A stretch of DNA of 64,000 nt. Source: Squalus acanthias. Taxonomy: Eukaryota. The DNA lies in assembly GCA_030390025.1 (NCBI GenBank), contig CM059433.1, forward strand, positions 28,956,001 through 29,020,000, read 5' to 3'. Below, in pieces: positions 59,183-64,000 of the stretch. The position numbers were made by a program, and so were the translations under genes. The notes below the pieces were generated by a model that saw only the letters and a program-made list of their open reading frames with translations, had not been told where the DNA came from and searched no databases. Numbering within the stretch: the first letter of the stretch is position 1; every line of letters starts with the position of its first letter.

Positions 59183-60109
59183 GATTACTGGGCACATCAA
59201 TGACAAAAAGTGTTCAATTCCCTATTATGAATATTCCCTCACCATGACAAGGAGAAAAGTGACACCAAAACAAAAATAAATAAATACATCTTTATTCATT
59301 GTTGGATAATCAAGAAACAAAGTGATGCTAAGAAGTAAACAAAATTAAATCATGATTAATAAAACCGAGAGTTTAAGTACACCACGTTTTGATATTGTGT
59401 TAAGCGCACAGATTTAAGTTTTAAATAGCTACACACGGTTCACGGGATTTGCAAATTAATAATTTTTTTAAACAAGCAACAGACTCCAGTGTCTTCTCAA
59501 TTGGGCGAATATTCATGGGTCTAAGTACTTAGTTAGCAAAGCGTGTCTTTCAATTCCCTTGGTTTAAGATCAACTAACATTTTCTCTATGGTGAAGCAAA
59601 TATTAACTGCAAGTGAGCATGATTAGGATTTAAGAAGTAAAAAGGAATGTTAAAATAAGAATATATTTTTTAAAGTGCACGAATCAAGAACAACTGAAAC
59701 ATTATGACAATGACCACAAGGGGGCAGCCCAACAGAAACGATCAGCTAAAATTGGAACTGGATATATAGTTGAAAAGGAAAAATTTGCAGGGCTGTGGGG
59801 AAAGAGCAGGGGAGTGGGACTAATTGGACAGCTCTTTGAAAGAGCCGGCACAGGCACGATGGGCCGAATGACCTCCTTCTCTGCTGTATGATTCTATAAA
59901 ATGGTCAGAAGTCAACGCTATCCCTGCTCTCTGGTGCAGTATATTGAAGACGATCCCCCGAGTTTTCCAACACTAAATCAAGCGTGTTTGATGTGGGTAC
60001 TTAAAAAAGATTTTTGAGTAAATATATGTAAATTAATCATTCGGATTTTGTTTCCGACACTGATTTAATCCTCACTTTAGTCTCACTTTCCAGTTGCTAT
60101 CCAGAGGTC

Positions 60110-60414
60110 CTCCGAGATCTCTGCGCTGCTCCAATTCTGGCCTCTTGCGCATCCCTGATTTCCATCGCTCCGCCACTGGCGACCGTGCTGACAGCTGCCT
60201 AGCCCATGAACTCTGGAATTCCCTCCCTAAATCTCTCCGCAGCTCTACATCTCTCTCTCTTTTAAGATGCTCCTTAAAACCTACCTCTTCGACCAAGCTT
60301 TTGGTCGCTTGTCCTAATATCTCCTTATTTGTCTTGGTTATTTGATAACGCTCCTGTGAAGCAGCTTGGAATGTTCTGCTGAGTTAAAGGCGCTATATAA
60401 ATGCAAGTTGTTGC
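60110..60414 (+). mobile_element. L2 3' fragment
   Basis: RSLRCSNSGLLRIPDF...LWNSLPK and an L2 tail. Confidence 0.8.
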
Positions 60415-60914
60415 TAACGTGTATAATATTTTCTTTATAGTGAAAAATGAAAGTGCACAAATTACGGTTCTTAGTCCACCTTTCTGTGCGCTGCTTTGTC
60501 TGTAGTATCAACCAACTGCAGACATAGTACTGGAGGGAATAAAGCAACAAACCGCACTAATTTAATCGGCAGGCTCATTTTGAATGGCGTAAGTATTGCG
60601 GAGAAGGCGGAGAGGGTTTTCTTGCCCCAACAAGTGTTGAACTGCTTGCGTGCAGTGCAGAGAGGAAAACTGGGTAGGGAGGGTCAATTCAAATGGACAG
60701 AAAAATCAGGCAGGCTCCCCTATCGGTGTGTGGTCCTCTCCGCCTGATTCTCCTCTACGCACTGCACCCAAGAGATCCAACACACCCAGCTGTAAGAATA
60801 GGAGCTGCCCCATATGCCTATACACACACCAGTGATCTCCCCAGGTGCTGTTCACAGCAAGTCGCATGATGCGCCTGTTTGATGATGGTGCGAGCGTTAT
60901 ACTCTGGTTGTGGC

Positions 60915-61305
60915 TAGGGTAGCCAACTCAGGTTGGCCATATTCCTGAAGGTGTCATCACGTGACCCCTTCTGCCTCCAAACGCCCCGCCCCCACACTCC
61001 CGCCATTGGTCGCCCGACATGTCCATCCTCGCGACGCCCTGCCTGCCCGCACCAATTGGAAAGCGAATAGTCTCTTCATTAGCCGATTGGGTGAATCTTG
61101 ACTGTCAATCAAACAACCTTTGTATCCCAATATTTTTATAACCAGTAAACAAGAGTGTTCAAAGAATTTTCTTTTTAAAAAAAACGACAATTTTGTTTAC
61201 TGCCCCTATGATTTTTCTCCCTGGGTGTTGCTCACAGCAGTGTCCTGGAGATTAATCTTTAATTCCTGGAGACTCCAGGGCAATCCTGGAGGGTTGGCAA
61301 CCCTG
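60915..61305 (-). mobile_element. hAT-type MITE, complete
   Basis: TIRs TAGGGTAGCCAAC / GTTGGCAACCCTG with a perfect 8-bp TSD GTTGTGGC (60907-60914, 61306-61313). Confidence 0.9.
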
Positions 61306-61730
61306 GTTGTGGCCAGCCTCTGTTCTGACTGCTGTGCCCTTTCCCAGGTGACGTAAGCCGTTCCTTATGACTTCACCAGGTTATATTTTGCCTTCTATAC
61401 TTCTCTTTCCCATTCGGGAGCTTGTATTTAGTGATCACCCCCCCCCAGGTACTCAAGCTAGCCAGCTGAGCCCCTGCTGCTTTGTAAGTTGGCATACTGC
61501 CAACCGCCTTGTATTCTATAATTATCCGGTTGATCGTGTTATCTAACTAGCTGATCATGAGGATCTTGCAAAGATATTTGCTGTTATAAAAATCTCTTTC
61601 CTCTATCCTTCCCACTGACCACCTATCAGTGCCATTGTTTCTATGCTTTAGGCTGATCTGTCTTTTCCAAGAATGGCTCAGTATTTCTCCAGGTGCTGTT
61701 CAGTTTTGTGCCAAGCCTTACATTCTACTT

Positions 61731-62047
61731 GATACGATAGCAAAACACTGCGGATGCTGGAAATCCGAAATAACAACAGAAAACGCTGGAAAAACTCAGC
61801 ATGCCAGGCAGCATCCGTGGAGAGAGAAACAGAGTTAACGTTTCAGGTCGAAGACCTTCCGTCAGAACTGGAAAAAGCAGGAAATGAAATAGATTTAAAG
61901 CAAGGATAAAGCTGGGAAAAGGGGGAGGGGATGAAAGAACAAAAGGAGAGAGTAAGAGACATTGAGAGACATTAAGAGATGATCAAGGCAAGAGGAGGTG
62001 TTAATGCGACAGGTTGAGGCTAAAAGAAGTGTGAAATGCACTGGCAA
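61731..62047 (-). mobile_element. Penelope-like 3' terminal fragment with a variant hammerhead (61833-61869)
   Basis: Reverse complement of ~28525-28840, sharing the exact terminus GCTATCGTATC. Core reads CTGACGG instead of CTGACGA. Confidence 0.85.
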
Positions 62048-62179
62048 CTTGATAACTCTCTTCTGATATTAGCACTGCTGTATATGGTAGAAGGTAGGTG
62101 CAGCTGTCTAGTGTCTCTGTACTGAGCTGGATGTTAACACCTGGTGCCAGCCATTCCCACACTCCAAGAGAACTTGTTG

Positions 62180-62450
62180 ACTTGTTACCCAGTTTTATTC
62201 AGGTCTATACTTCTTGCATTTTTCCTTCAGTTTGAGCCAATAGTGCTGCATCATCTGTAAGATCTACATCTCCAATTGTTTTGTTGTTAATACTTATTCA
62301 CTGTAACATGAGTGTTTTCACTTTGAACCATTCTTCAATCTTCCACTTTAGTGCAACACCACATTCCATCAGAGTTCCTAAATATTTATGTATTTCTAAG
62401 GGAATCCATAATACATAAAATTTCCCAGAGTGTAGGCTAGCAGTATGCGA
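62180..62450 (-). pseudogene. Ancient RTE-like reverse transcriptase fragment
   Basis: Manual translation gives PTLWEIL..., EEWFKVKTLMLQ* and ISINNKTIGDVDLTDDAALLAQTEGKMQE, resembling RTE motifs WFxVxxGVRQG and DLDFADD. Confidence 0.55.
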
Positions 62451-62489
62451 TGAAACCAGCAACTGGAATATTCCTAACTTTTTGATACT

Positions 62490-63278
62490 GGGCCAGATTT
62501 TTGTCTCAAATTAACAGTGAGGTAAATAGCGCTCGCCGTTATGTATGTGTGAATGATGCAGCAACTTCAGGCGAGGGGCAGATGTGCAGTTGAATGCGAA
62601 TATCCAAAAGTTGCTGTCCGAGTTGCGTCGCTCCGCTGTTAGCCTTGCGAAAACAGCATCTCGTTGTCTACCTCACCATTGAAATGCATTGAATGACGTG
62701 ACGTTGCTGGATTTGTGCGGTAGGTACGAACTAAACACACCACAGAAAGTTAACACTTGTCCATTCCAGTCTAAAGCACCTTTTTAACAACGGGATAAGT
62801 GTTAATTACTGCCATTCAACCGCTCTGACACTGGAAATTAACTATTGCAAGTGTGGAGTCGCATTCCTTCAGGTTTCAATTGTTGGAGATTTTAAAAATG
62901 TCAAATTTTAAATTAAAACTTTTTTTAACTTTTCCTTTCTGTGCCTTTTTTCTTTTTTAACCCAACCTTTCTTTCCCTCTCTTTATTTCTCTTTCTGTAC
63001 AAGATTTGACATTGAATTCACCCACTCTAATTTACACTTCCTTCTCAATCCTTGGCACTATTTATTTCACAACCCTTCAATCTGATTGGTTAATGAGATA
63101 CACAGTTGCTTGCCCTGTTCACTCAGGTCCCAGATGCCCTTGTTTCCCTCGCTGCGACATTATCAGCTCACACATTCAGCAACTTGCCACGCAAAAAATG
63201 TAAAAATCTAAACGTGCAAGGGCAAGTCTAACTATCGGCAGACGCTGTTAGATTTCCTGCTACAGCAAAATCTGCCCC
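62490..63278. mobile_element. PIF/Harbinger-type MITE
   Basis: TIRs GGGCCAGATTTT / AAAATCTGCCCC, flanks ACT / ATT. Confidence 0.7.
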
Positions 63279-63321
63279 ATTATGGAGTGCAAAAATTTGA
63301 ACGTTGAATGATCTTCCATTT

Positions 63322-63630
63322 CTAAACCTCCCAAACCCATGACCTCCACCTCCCAGAAGGTCATGGGCAGCAGGTGCATGGGAACACCAACACCTCCATG
63401 CTCCCCTCCAAGTCACACATCATCCCAACTGGGACATATATCACCATTCCTTCATTGTCGCTGGGTCGAAATCCTGGAACTCCCTATCTAACAGCACTGT
63501 GAGAGCACCTTCACCACACTGACTGCAGCGGTTCAAGAAGAAGACCTACCAGCACCTTCTCAAGGGCAACTGGGGATGGGCAATAAATGCAGGCCTGCTA
63601 GCGACACCCACATCCTGAGAATGAATTTTT
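63322..63630 (+). mobile_element. Non-LTR retrotransposon 3' end (CR1/L2 group)
   Basis: SFIVAGSKSWNSLSN...LQRFKKKTYQHLLKGN followed by AATAAA and an ATGAA-type tail. Confidence 0.6.
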
Positions 63631-63639
63631 AAAAAATCA

Positions 63640-63965
63640 GCCAAGAAGTGTAGTCACTTTTGTAATGTAGGAAACACTGCCAATTTGCGCACAGCAAGGT
63701 CCCATAAACAGCAATGTAATAATGATCAGAAAATCGGTTTTAGTGATATTGGTTATAGGATAAATATTGGGCAGAACACCGGGGTGAGCTCCCCTGCTCT
63801 TCTTCAAAATAGTGCCATGGGATCTTCTACAACCACCTCAAAGGGCAGACGGGGCCTCGGTCTAAATCTCAACAGTGGAGCGCTCCCTGTCTCTGGAGTG
63901 GGACTTGAACTCACAACCTCCTACTACTGAAGCTAAGAGTGCTACCACTGAGCCACGGCTGATAC
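63640..63965 (-). mobile_element. Deu-domain SINE
   Basis: Reverse complement of 58765-59100, including GTGCCATGGGATCTT and the tRNA-like head. Confidence 0.7.
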
Positions 63966-64000
63966 CAAGGAAAATTCTACCACCCCTACCACTACCCTAG

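Overview
This is eukaryotic, repeat-dense DNA, most likely from a cartilaginous fish (shark). That assignment is inferred from its CR1, L2, Deu-domain SINE, Penelope and Harbinger content. The only host coding sequence I can support is one 122-bp minus-strand exon (18484-18605) matching exon 2 of KHDRBS2 (SLM-1, a STAR/KH splicing regulator). I found neither exon 1 nor exon 3, so the window is probably intron 2 (left) and intron 1 (right). The rest is layered mobile DNA: two decayed PIF/Harbinger transposons, many Harbinger and hAT MITEs with visible TSDs, CR1/L2/RTE LINE fragments including a young CR1 with an open RT frame, a 1.39-kb solo LTR, and Penelope-like elements carrying minimal hammerhead ribozymes. 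Two larger structures stand out. One is a recent tandem duplication whose internal minisatellite differs strongly in length between the copies. The other is a ~16.4-kb GA-rich satellite with higher-order structure, whose gene-sense strand is roughly a thousand tandem (CU)n-CCCCAG units resembling 3' splice sites. I cannot demonstrate a new protein-coding system. The best leads are the satellite, the hammerhead ribozymes and their orientation bias, and the nested or duplicated structures.
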